A DNA stretch of 64,000 nucleotides, from positions 6,624,029-6,688,028 of the forward strand of contig SMSO01000014.1 in assembly GCA_004764695.1 (NCBI GenBank), in the 5' to 3' direction. The translations under genes and the position numbers were made by a program. The notes beneath the pieces were generated by a model. That model was not told the DNA's origin, ran no database searches, and saw nothing but the letters and a program-made list of their open reading frames with translations. How positions within the stretch are numbered: the stretch's first letter is position 1; every line of letters starts with the position of its first letter. The DNA is from Schizochytrium sp. TIO01 (Eukaryota; Protista; Bigyra: Labyrinthulomycetes). Shown here piece by piece: positions 9,929 through 19,120 of this stretch.

Positions 9929-12900
9929 ATGGGCCTGAAGGCGTTCGCGCAGGCGCAGCTGGGTCTCGCGGGCGCCGTCTTCCCGCATGACCTGCAGCAG
10001 AGCGGGCGCAGCGGCGATGGCGCTGATGCTGTTGACAGGGGTGCCTCGGATGGCGTCGCATCGGCACGACTCGGGGAGTTGCAGTGCCTTGTGGCGGGCG
10101 TAGATCAGCGAGCAGAAAGCACGAATTCGTTGGTGGACGCCACCACTCAGTGTGCCGTTGTGACTATCGTAGTGCTCCCGAAAAAGGCCCTCGCAGAGAC
10201 CTTGGCTGTTGTGCCGGCAGACAATGAGGCTAAGAAAACAGAGTCTGGGAATGCCAAAGCAAGCGCCGGGGCAGATGACCTCTCAACACCCAAAGAAGCT
10301 GCGAACGGAGATCCGAAAAATGGTGTCTCAATACCAAGTACTCCATCGAGCGGGAGACTGGAATCACAATTATTGACTGAGCAATCTGATATGTCCCTGG
10401 GAGGCCTAAGAGCATTTCTTGATGAAGTGGTGGACCTGAACATATGGTACAGTGATAGTGATAGTGAAGAGGACACAGAATGTAAGACCTCCCCTCAGGA
10501 TGTGTCGCTAGGAGCATTAGCGGAGAAAGAGTCCCAAAAAGGTTCTTCAAAAACTTCTCAGAGAGGGACTGCTCAAAAGTACCTGTTGCACGTGCTTAAA
10601 ACTCTTTATCAAAACCCCGAGGTCGTTAAGATTGATAATCCTAAGGGAATCCGCGAATTCTTAGGGCATGATGCTTTACCACAGGCACATCAAAACTGGT
10701 TGCCTGTGTGGAAGGTCTTAGAGGCAAAAGATGCCTATTTCGTGCTGTGTGGTTGGACTCCCTATACATTGGAGTCCATGGTAAAGTTCAATTATCATAC
10801 ATTGCGTCCTGCGATGCTCCCTTCAAAAAGACCTGCACGCCTCGGTGAACTGGCACTGTCTGCAATTGATTCAGCATCTGATGAACCTCTTCGCTTTGTA
10901 CTCTTCCAGCTTGTAAGAACTATCGCCTTCATGCATGAAAAGGGCCTTTACCATGGCAATCTACGTCCACAGAGCATTTATATCACCAATGATTTCTGGG
11001 TCTGGGTTATGCCTCCTTTGCTTGCTCATGAGAAAGCAAATGCAGCAAAACTTCAAGCACTTTCACCACACGTTTCTCTGCTACCTCGCCGAAGTGTGAA
11101 CGATATAATGCCTTTCTCGCTAGGTTTGACTGAGGCATGGCGCAGGGGCCATGTCAGTAATTTAGACTACCTCATGGCCATCAATGCGGCTGCGGGACGA
11201 CATATGGCAGACGCAAATTTTCATCCTGTCATTCCATGGGTCACAGATTTCTCATCAAGCGACTTGGAGGACGGCGAGCGCCCACACTGGCGCGACCTCA
11301 CGCGTAGTAAATACCGTCTTGTCAAAGGTGATGATCAGCTCGATATAACTTTTCGAAACTCACCGACTCCACATCACATTACAGAATCACTTTCAGAAAT
11401 TACCTTTTATATATACATGGCACGTATCACACCTCTTGCAACCCTCAGGAGTGTGGTGCGAAGTAATTTTGAAGCCAAGGAGTATCCAGCATCCATGGCA
11501 CGAATGTACGAGTGGACTCCTGACGAATGTATTCCTGAGTTTTTCTGTGATGCTTCAGTATTTTCATCAATGCATACCGATATAGATTTGCCAGACTTGC
11601 AGTTTCCGGAGTGGTGCAAAAGTGCCCAAGAATTTGTAGACTGGCATCGTAGCGCATTAGAGTCTCCGCATGTTTCTCAGCAACTTCATCACTGGATTGA
11701 TCTTAACTTTGGTTATAAACTCTCGGGCAGAGCTGCTGAAGAGAGCAAAAATGTTACTCTTCCACTTTCTTCTTTGCCACAGCATCGTCTTCGTAAGAGT
11801 CCAGGCTTTGTTCAGGTTTTTACGGAACCACATCCACCTCGCCAGTTTGAGAATCAAGATCGTTTGGGATCAGCCATGGATGCTTTTGAGCAAGGCGCCC
11901 GCTTTGAAAGGGCGTTTGGTCCAATGCTGGCGCCAACGTATGAACTTACTAGAACGGAAGGTGACGAGGATCTTGAGGCAAACTCTTTGCTACGAGCGAA
12001 ACAAGCAGATGACTACTTTTCGCTAGCTTGCATTGCTGCAGAAATGTATCTACGTCAGCCACTACTCACTGATGCTCGTGAGAAGGCTCTTCGAGAAAGC
12101 CCGGAGGATGCTATGCATCAGGTTTTACCTGAAATTAACAAATTACCATTGCGTGTAAGGAGCTTTGTCAGCGAAGGTCTTCGAGCAAAACATTGTGACG
12201 ATTTCCTTCTACAAAATGATATTAAACATTCTGTATTTCCTACTTGGTTTGACCAAGTTTACCAATTTTTAGCAGAGTACCAAGCTCGTAAGACATGGCA
12301 TGCACGATTAGAATGGATGCAGAACAATCTCGGCGATCTTTTAATATGCCTTTCTAGTGACCCTGCGGAAAGGCGACAAGCGCTGAACCTTATATTGCCT
12401 TCTATTCTAGCGATCATGCATGACGCAGACGATCCTGTGCGTGCCATAATGCCTATTCAGTTCATTTTGATCGTTGGTCGGGTGCTCGACGTTCGGGAGT
12501 TCTTACCTACAGTTGTCGACGTTTATGAAGCTATGCAAGCAAAGAGTCGCTGGGAGCTCCTTCATCTCGCTCTTGACGCTGAAATCTGCTTACGTGTTCT
12601 TGGTCTGGTAGGATGTATGGCTTTTGCAGCTACATACGTGCCATTCCTTGTTGAAACCCTTCGCAGTACCTCAGCACCTTATGCTGTACAAAACACAGCT
12701 GCCGAAACTCTAATTGCCATTGCAAGGTCTCCAGACTTTGGAATTGGACAATCTGTGCGTACTGTGTTACCTTTGCTCCTTAGACGTTTTCAAATCGCAC
12801 GTGGTGTAGGTACATGGACTGATCGGGACATATGCGTCCATCTAAAACAATTTGGTCCCAGTGAGCTCTCGCCTATCAAGCTCACTGCACTACTGGATAA

Positions 12901-15900
12901 GTATAGCTCTATAATTGATTCAACTAAAATCGGCAGCGGCGGCAGTAGTAGTGGAGACAGGGGCCAGGTAGGGCCGTCCTCAATAAATGGAGCTTCCACT
13001 TCAAATATCTTTGAACGAAGTCCAACCACAGGGAACACGAATAGTAGCAACCACGGTACTCTGGGTAACGAGTATAGTACAAGTGTGTTTGGGAATCTTG
13101 CTAGCTCTATGTTTGGTGTGGGCGGTCCTGCTAGACCTCGAAGTGATCTCTTTCTACCGGTAGAGATTCCCACTGTCAAGGTTATTCGTTATATTGCTGC
13201 ACGATCAGGTAGGGCTGTCGTGATGGAACTAGTTTTCCCAGCTGCTTTTCGTGCTCTAGAAAAGACATGCGACCATGGAGACGATGTATCCGATAAGCAG
13301 CGTGCGTGGATCCGTCGAATGGACATTCTCTCACTTCTTTCTTGCGTAGTGTCTCTTCTTGAAGAAGAGGATCTCTACAAGTGGTTTCTTGAAAGATCTG
13401 ACTTGCGTGAATTGCTAGGTAAGCTTCCTGGCCCAGTCCTTGAGGAGCAACTTTCGTTCATCTACGTTGCTGTTCTTCTAGGCCTTGTTGTTAACCGTAT
13501 AGGGCATCATGAAATCGCACCAGTTTTGGAGGCAAGTGCGGACTCTCTACGTGCTGCAGCAGTGCCTCGCTGTGCATTACCGCAGCTTTGGGTTGCCCGC
13601 TTCATCTTTGCTGCATTTGAAACTCGATGGGGCGAAGAAAGAATTCGAGCGTACTATCCATCCCTTGCACCATCAAATCTGCGTCGCCTTCTCGCAATTC
13701 CAGATGCATATCGCCGGCCGGACCGCGACAAAACTATTGGGGATGCAAGTATGGCCCCGACCCCTCCTCTCGGAAGGCAATTTGGATCTGATAGTCAACC
13801 TGCGGGAGGGTTGCACATCACTACCTCTCTTGACAACGGAGATGGATCTCAGGTTGAACTAGACGAGGAAGAAGATGAGTTTGACTCAGAGGAAATTTTG
13901 CTTGTGGATGCTAATCTCCCTCGTACTGGTGATCGGAATCTTGAAAGCTCTCCACCTTCTGCATCACATTCGGCAATTCCGGAGCTCCAACGTGACCCAT
14001 CTGTAAGTATAATTGCAAATAGTAAGACACTACTACATGCGGCAACATCAGAAAAGGCTGATGATTTGGAGGCCATGCCTTCAACGTCATCAATGTCGTC
14101 ATCTCTGTATAAGTGGGGTCGACCAGCCAGCTTTAGGAGGACCCTATCTGCTGCTGTAGGTAGCGATGAGGTAGGAGTACGGGAGGAAAATGAAGATTCG
14201 CAAAATAGCTTGCTGCACTCGGAAAGAAGTCGTGCTCAAGATGATCTGGAGTCACAAACACATAGGGAGGAAACATGGCTCATAGGACCTGAGCAAGCAA
14301 GTGCGAGTGAGTCATCTGATATATTTATGAAACGAAAAAAGCGCGGGACTCTGCTTGGAGCTGTTAGCGATTCCTTTGAAGCCCATCAATCACCCTTGAT
14401 TACTTTGGAAGCGAATGAAGACGAAACATTGCTAGCAACATCATCACGTAGTAGTTCACTTAAACTGTTTTCTATTACTGGAACTCCTCGAGAGCTTGCG
14501 CACTTTCGGAATGTTCGGCCAGTGAGCAGTATTCGATTTTTGGATCTCGGCCGGAAGTGCTTGTTATTAGATGGAGCTGTGCGGCTCTGGGATACTGAAT
14601 ACGGGCACGAGCGCACTAGGGAGGTTGGGTCTCCGCCAAAACTAAGGACGGTACCTATAGGCATGTCTCACCGTCCAGTCCTCACTGCAGAAACACCAGG
14701 ACAGCAATCACGTGTGCATGAGAACATTATTTGGATTTCGACAATAGCTGGAACGATTGATTGTCTAGACTTCAGGGTTCCGGGTTACCTTGTTAGCTCC
14801 CATATGCTTCCTATGGGTGACTATGGTTCTGGAACTAGTCACCCTGGGGAGTACTGTGCTGGGTCAGTCGTATGCGGTGGCAACTTTGCAGGGGGGTGGG
14901 TTGCTGCTGGGCGTGCATCTGGCCATGTGTCGGTCCTTGATGCTCGGACTGGTGGAGTTCTTGCACACTGGAAAGCTCATGAAGCAGGGGTAGTATCGCT
15001 CAAAGCATTGCACTTATCTTCCTCGAGTTCTCAAGAGGGTCTAGTACATGAATCTGCAGCTTATCAGCTACTTTCTTTAAGCTCCGAAGGTTCTGCTCGT
15101 GTTTGGGATGTTTCCCTTCACGGGGGTTTTGAAAACGCCGGTGAGTTTCCTTGGAGCTCTCAGCGCCGCCCTGCATGTCGTATTCGCGTAGGTGGGCTGC
15201 CTCGTACGGCACGATTTTCTCGAGTGCTTGCTCCTCAACTGAAGTCCTCCGTAGCGCCTTTTCAGGCATCCAACCCGTTAAACAATACCCACAGCCTTTC
15301 GCATTCGTCATCAAATTCATCATTGAATGATAGTCATCCAGTTCCAAAAATTTCTTCACTTTTAGGTACACAGCCAGGAATCCTCAGTAGTCGATTCTTA
15401 AGTACAGCGACATCTACTTCTCAGTCATCGAATGCCCGCGTGCGCTCTGCATCGGATGATGATGTCCCGGTAAATGTCTCACCTGTACGCGCTGACAACG
15501 ACCATGAAAGTGTTATACGCGCAAATCAAATTCATAAAGAGCTTGGAACTTCACATGAAGGGGCCGTGAAGGGGCTTCATCGACGAAGCGAAAGTGTTGG
15601 ACTGACTATGACTCGAAGCCTTCCAGGGGGTCACGGCCTAGAAGCAAGTCAACATGGGAATTCTTCTACACGCTACTCCGTATTAGATGCCTCTTCCTCA
15701 ACTTCGTCTGCGAATGCCTACGGATCGTCTCTTTCTCCTGATAGTACAGCTCAACAAGAAGGGTTCGGGGTCTCTACATCAAACGAATACTCTTCTACAC
15801 AGTCACCCACGTCTGGAATGGGAGTTTCTCCATCAGTTATGCGTAATCAACAAGGTCAGCTAGGAAATGCGAATGCAAGGCGTGGAACTCGGGTATATGT

Positions 15901-16183
15901 CTCCCTGCCTCAGTGCGACACTGCAAATGTATGGCGCGACACGTCGCCAGCAGCGCATGGAAACACTCGTTTCGTAATAGGATCGGATAACCGTTTGTCA
16001 GTCGTATCCTTAGAGCTGAGGCCTCGTGCTGTTGAGGTAACTGCTAAGCCAATTAGCCTTCGTGATGCCACTGGTGAACTAATTCCTCGTGGTACAATGA
16101 GGATTACAACCCTTCGGGTTTTACCTATGCATGGCACAATTCTGGCCGGGGGTGATACTGGACATATTCACACGATAATCTGA
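9929..16183 (+). CDS. WDR81: WDR81-like protein (pseudokinase + BEACH + HEAT-like + WD40)
   Basis: Degenerate kinase loop LYHGNLRPQSIYI. The WDR81-type BEACH reads NLDYLMAINAAAGR..FHPVIPWVTDF..WRDLTRSKYRLVKGDDQLD..EYPASMARMYEWTPDECIPEFF..LHHWIDLNFGYKL. C-terminal WD40 repeats include AVRLWD, WKAHEAG and ARVWD. Confidence 0.9.
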   Translation: MGLKAFAQAQLGLAGAVFPHDLQQSGRSGDGADAVDRGASDGVASARLGELQCLVAGVDQRAESTNSLVDATTQCAVVTIVVLPKKALAETLAVVPADNEAKKTESGNAKASAGADDLSTPKEAANGDPKNGVSIPSTPSSGRLESQLLTEQSDMSLGGLRAFLDEVVDLNIWYSDSDSEEDTECKTSPQDVSLGALAEKESQKGSSKTSQRGTAQKYLLHVLKTLYQNPEVVKIDNPKGIREFLGHDALPQAHQNWLPVWKVLEAKDAYFVLCGWTPYTLESMVKFNYHTLRPAMLPSKRPARLGELALSAIDSASDEPLRFVLFQLVRTIAFMHEKGLYHGNLRPQSIYITNDFWVWVMPPLLAHEKANAAKLQALSPHVSLLPRRSVNDIMPFSLGLTEAWRRGHVSNLDYLMAINAAAGRHMADANFHPVIPWVTDFSSSDLEDGERPHWRDLTRSKYRLVKGDDQLDITFRNSPTPHHITESLSEITFYIYMARITPLATLRSVVRSNFEAKEYPASMARMYEWTPDECIPEFFCDASVFSSMHTDIDLPDLQFPEWCKSAQEFVDWHRSALESPHVSQQLHHWIDLNFGYKLSGRAAEESKNVTLPLSSLPQHRLRKSPGFVQVFTEPHPPRQFENQDRLGSAMDAFEQGARFERAFGPMLAPTYELTRTEGDEDLEANSLLRAKQADDYFSLACIAAEMYLRQPLLTDAREKALRESPEDAMHQVLPEINKLPLRVRSFVSEGLRAKHCDDFLLQNDIKHSVFPTWFDQVYQFLAEYQARKTWHARLEWMQNNLGDLLICLSSDPAERRQALNLILPSILAIMHDADDPVRAIMPIQFILIVGRVLDVREFLPTVVDVYEAMQAKSRWELLHLALDAEICLRVLGLVGCMAFAATYVPFLVETLRSTSAPYAVQNTAAETLIAIARSPDFGIGQSVRTVLPLLLRRFQIARGVGTWTDRDICVHLKQFGPSELSPIKLTALLDKYSSIIDSTKIGSGGSSSGDRGQVGPSSINGASTSNIFERSPTTGNTNSSNHGTLGNEYSTSVFGNLASSMFGVGGPARPRSDLFLPVEIPTVKVIRYIAARSGRAVVMELVFPAAFRALEKTCDHGDDVSDKQRAWIRRMDILSLLSCVVSLLEEEDLYKWFLERSDLRELLGKLPGPVLEEQLSFIYVAVLLGLVVNRIGHHEIAPVLEASADSLRAAAVPRCALPQLWVARFIFAAFETRWGEERIRAYYPSLAPSNLRRLLAIPDAYRRPDRDKTIGDASMAPTPPLGRQFGSDSQPAGGLHITTSLDNGDGSQVELDEEEDEFDSEEILLVDANLPRTGDRNLESSPPSASHSAIPELQRDPSVSIIANSKTLLHAATSEKADDLEAMPSTSSMSSSLYKWGRPASFRRTLSAAVGSDEVGVREENEDSQNSLLHSERSRAQDDLESQTHREETWLIGPEQASASESSDIFMKRKKRGTLLGAVSDSFEAHQSPLITLEANEDETLLATSSRSSSLKLFSITGTPRELAHFRNVRPVSSIRFLDLGRKCLLLDGAVRLWDTEYGHERTREVGSPPKLRTVPIGMSHRPVLTAETPGQQSRVHENIIWISTIAGTIDCLDFRVPGYLVSSHMLPMGDYGSGTSHPGEYCAGSVVCGGNFAGGWVAAGRASGHVSVLDARTGGVLAHWKAHEAGVVSLKALHLSSSSSQEGLVHESAAYQLLSLSSEGSARVWDVSLHGGFENAGEFPWSSQRRPACRIRVGGLPRTARFSRVLAPQLKSSVAPFQASNPLNNTHSLSHSSSNSSLNDSHPVPKISSLLGTQPGILSSRFLSTATSTSQSSNARVRSASDDDVPVNVSPVRADNDHESVIRANQIHKELGTSHEGAVKGLHRRSESVGLTMTRSLPGGHGLEASQHGNSSTRYSVLDASSSTSSANAYGSSLSPDSTAQQEGFGVSTSNEYSSTQSPTSGMGVSPSVMRNQQGQLGNANARRGTRVYVSLPQCDTANVWRDTSPAAHGNTRFVIGSDNRLSVVSLELRPRAVEVTAKPISLRDATGELIPRGTMRITTLRVLPMHGTILAGGDTGHIHTII

Positions 16184-16272
16184 GTCGAGGTTTGAGGACC
16201 TGCTGATCGCTATGTTTCTATTGTTGAATGCGGACCCTGGAATTGATAAGTTCTGTTTGTGATACTTTATTT

Positions 16273-17082
16273 TTACCTTTTTAAACTCGATCTGGCTTGT
16301 TTGTGAAGTTCAAGAATGCGGAGTTCCTCTTGCAAACGCCCTAGTTTAGATTTTAGAGCTGTTATCTCCTTTTCCTCACGATCTGCTTGATCTACGACCT
16401 CTTTTTTATGCCGAGTATTAAGCTCCTGGTAAAGGTCAAGAATCTGTACTGCCCGGCCAAGTGTTTTGACTGGTTTTTCCTGCAGCCTGGGTCGGCTAAG
16501 AAACTCAAGGAATTTCTTTCTTGCCTGCACGGCGCCAGCTTTCCAATGTTTAGAATTGAAAACCTCTTCGAGAGGAACTATTGTAGCTTGCTCAAATGAG
16601 GTCTTGTGTCTTTCGACACTTTCTTGGTAGTAAGTAGAAATTTCTCCATAGTCAATAAATTCATGAAACTTGAGTTCGTCTTCATCCTCCTTTGGGACCT
16701 CTCCAGTTTCTTTACTGCTCTTAATCTCAGGTTCCTGATTTAAGCTTTCAATCCTAAACCCATTTGCAAGCTTTTCTTGCTCCTGCACGGCTTGAATAAT
16801 AGCATCCGGTTTGAGGACAATTCCTTGTTTTGCTAGCTCCTTCTTCTTTGCTTTTAGCCAAGCCCTTTTCCGATCAGCTAGATTCCGATCTTTGACACCG
16901 TCCATAAATTTGTTAAGATACTCCTCATGCAAATCGTGGATCTCAATAGCTGCTAGCATAGCAAATTTAAGCTCTCGATTTCTTCGTTCTAAGGATTTAT
17001 TTGGCTCTCGATTAGCATCAACATCCTCTGGGTCATATGGATCAGTGTACAATTGCGCCTTGGCGCGGTTCCAGAACCCCAT
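16273..17082 (-). CDS. Hypothetical charged coiled-coil protein (~269 aa from the ATG at 17082)
   Basis: Long ORF with protein-like K/E-rich heptad composition, convergent with WDR81. No family was recognised and the start is uncertain. Confidence 0.65.
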   Translation of the reverse strand: MGFWNRAKAQLYTDPYDPEDVDANREPNKSLERRNRELKFAMLAAIEIHDLHEEYLNKFMDGVKDRNLADRKRAWLKAKKKELAKQGIVLKPDAIIQAVQEQEKLANGFRIESLNQEPEIKSSKETGEVPKEDEDELKFHEFIDYGEISTYYQESVERHKTSFEQATIVPLEEVFNSKHWKAGAVQARKKFLEFLSRPRLQEKPVKTLGRAVQILDLYQELNTRHKKEVVDQADREEKEITALKSKLGRLQEELRILELHKQARSSLKR

Positions 17083-17524
17083 CAATGCAGGCCCTTCTGT
17101 TTGGCGACTATCTCGTTCTGGTTCACGAATGCGTCGCTCTCATTTGTTGGTCTTTCTTTCTGGTTAGCTCTAAGCTTTGGCACCATCTCATAGTTGGGTG
17201 TCCGTTGAGGTCATTGGTGACGTCGGTCAAGATAATAAAAGAACAAGTTGATATATTACATGAGGCTCGGAGAGATCAACGTGAAAATCTTACAATCGAT
17301 GTCGATGTTGTATGGAAGGTAGAGAAAGAAAGAAACATAGACTGGTTGGAAAATTTTAAATTCTGGACAAGTTCAGATATATATCATTTTTGAAGATTAG
17401 GGAGACCACTGAATACATAAGAAGACATTTAAAAAAAGTACGGAGTTTTGCAATTATGTCTCATGTTTTTCAACATATACCCAAAGCACGATGTAGAGCA
17501 GAAATTCGGGGGGGCAGGCTAGAC

Positions 17525-19120
17525 TTAGTCAGAGATGAGAAATTGGTCAACAACTTCTCCATTAATGGTTTTGAAGTAACAGTATGCAGGGTTTCCGATT
17601 TCTTGCGGCCCAACTGGAAGCTCACAAAAAAGCGCGCCAAATGGATAACCATGCTTGTGTGCTGAAGAGTCTTTCTCAACATGAATAACTTCAGATGATG
17701 TTTCAGGGGATCCAGAAACATCTTTATAAAAAATCTTACCACCAGGATCTGTGTCTGAAAGCATATGCCGGGGGTGAACTGCAGCTAAGTGCGAACGCTT
17801 CAAATAAGCATCGCGGGAGGGTACACTGACTGAGTGACCGCCAAGGCCGGAGACTATAGCGAAAGTCTTACCAGGTTTGGCATGCAGCAGAGGCAAGCCT
17901 TCTTTTGCCAATTGCGGTTTGTTAAACGCGTAAGGTTGTTGAAATGATGTGATCTCATGAGAACGTAAATAATAGTGCTCATGACCAGTTAAAACAACCG
18001 CGCCTGCTTTACGGCATTCCTCATACGCGCTTTCCAAATGTTCAGAATGCATGACTGGGGGAGGATCCCGAAAGCCGACTTGCATAAGATGAAAGGGTGC
18101 ATGCCACATACAAAATGTCCAACGGGTAGAAGGATAATGCTGTTTAAGTGCTAGAAGAGCTCTACGAACAAACTGACTGTTTTGCTCCATACGGTTTTCA
18201 AAATCACTTAAGTTTGAAAGAATGAAGGAGACGCCTTTGTAGTGACAGGCGAGCTGACTTCTCGAGGGACTTGCAAGCGGGCAATCCACACCAAGTGCGT
18301 TGAGGATTGCGTCGCGTTTATGCACATATTCAATCCATTGCTCTCCAGCAAAAGCCTCCGGGTTGTTGCGTCTCGCCTTTGGAATCTTCATTTCATAGTT
18401 TCCAGCAGAATAGAAATAAGGAAAGTTGGGTCCGAGAATGGAAATCATTTGATTCTCCCAGCGTTCAACATCCCCAGCATAGTCAATGTCACCCGGGTGA
18501 AGTACCATATCGACGTTCTCGTCAGCAACAAGTTGGAGCACACGCTCCGTAGCTTCGTTAATCGCAGCATCGGCAAAAATAGCGACGCGTGTCGTGTTAC
18601 GCAGCGAGTCCGGATATTCGTCTCCAAACTTGACAAAAACCTCAGAAAATCCAGCAAACTCTCTGCCACGGACCCTCTTGTGACGAGCAGCCGCACTTTG
18701 GTCATTTGCCATCATCATTGCCCGTAAAATAAGGCAGCTAAGAATTACGTAGAACACCATAATCACGCAGTTGCTTTGCAGCCAAATCATAATTTGATAG
18801 GTGTAGCTCCAAGAAGGGCCGCTAGAGCTGCTGGTCTTATGTTTTGGGCAGTATGGTTTAGGAGAAACAAAGGCGTCTGCTTCTGGGTCGTCGGATACAA
18901 ACACAGTAACGCACCGCAATTTGCTTTTCTTCCATGATGGTTGCCTGGTGAGTTCCTTAGAAGCCTCAGGTAAGGACGTTTCTGAGCTAGATTTAGTATT
19001 ATTTAATAAGCTCTGTTCGAGGCCAGAGCTGTCCTGATGTCCTGTACGTCCTTCTTCCGACAGTGAACCCCCCAAGTTCTCTGCTGCCGTTGTTGGCCAG
19101 CCCAGAAACTGCGAGCGCAT
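17525..19120 (-). CDS. Type II membrane calcineurin-like metallophosphoesterase (purple acid phosphatase-like)
   Basis: TM segment CVIMVFYVILSCLIL. Motifs VAIFAD, LHPGDIDY, SAGNYE, MWHAP and LTGHEHYY occur in the canonical order. Confidence 0.85.
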   Translation of the reverse strand: MRSQFLGWPTTAAENLGGSLSEEGRTGHQDSSGLEQSLLNNTKSSSETSLPEASKELTRQPSWKKSKLRCVTVFVSDDPEADAFVSPKPYCPKHKTSSSSGPSWSYTYQIMIWLQSNCVIMVFYVILSCLILRAMMMANDQSAAARHKRVRGREFAGFSEVFVKFGDEYPDSLRNTTRVAIFADAAINEATERVLQLVADENVDMVLHPGDIDYAGDVERWENQMISILGPNFPYFYSAGNYEMKIPKARRNNPEAFAGEQWIEYVHKRDAILNALGVDCPLASPSRSQLACHYKGVSFILSNLSDFENRMEQNSQFVRRALLALKQHYPSTRWTFCMWHAPFHLMQVGFRDPPPVMHSEHLESAYEECRKAGAVVLTGHEHYYLRSHEITSFQQPYAFNKPQLAKEGLPLLHAKPGKTFAIVSGLGGHSVSVPSRDAYLKRSHLAAVHPRHMLSDTDPGGKIFYKDVSGSPETSSEVIHVEKDSSAHKHGYPFGALFCELPVGPQEIGNPAYCYFKTINGEVVDQFLISD

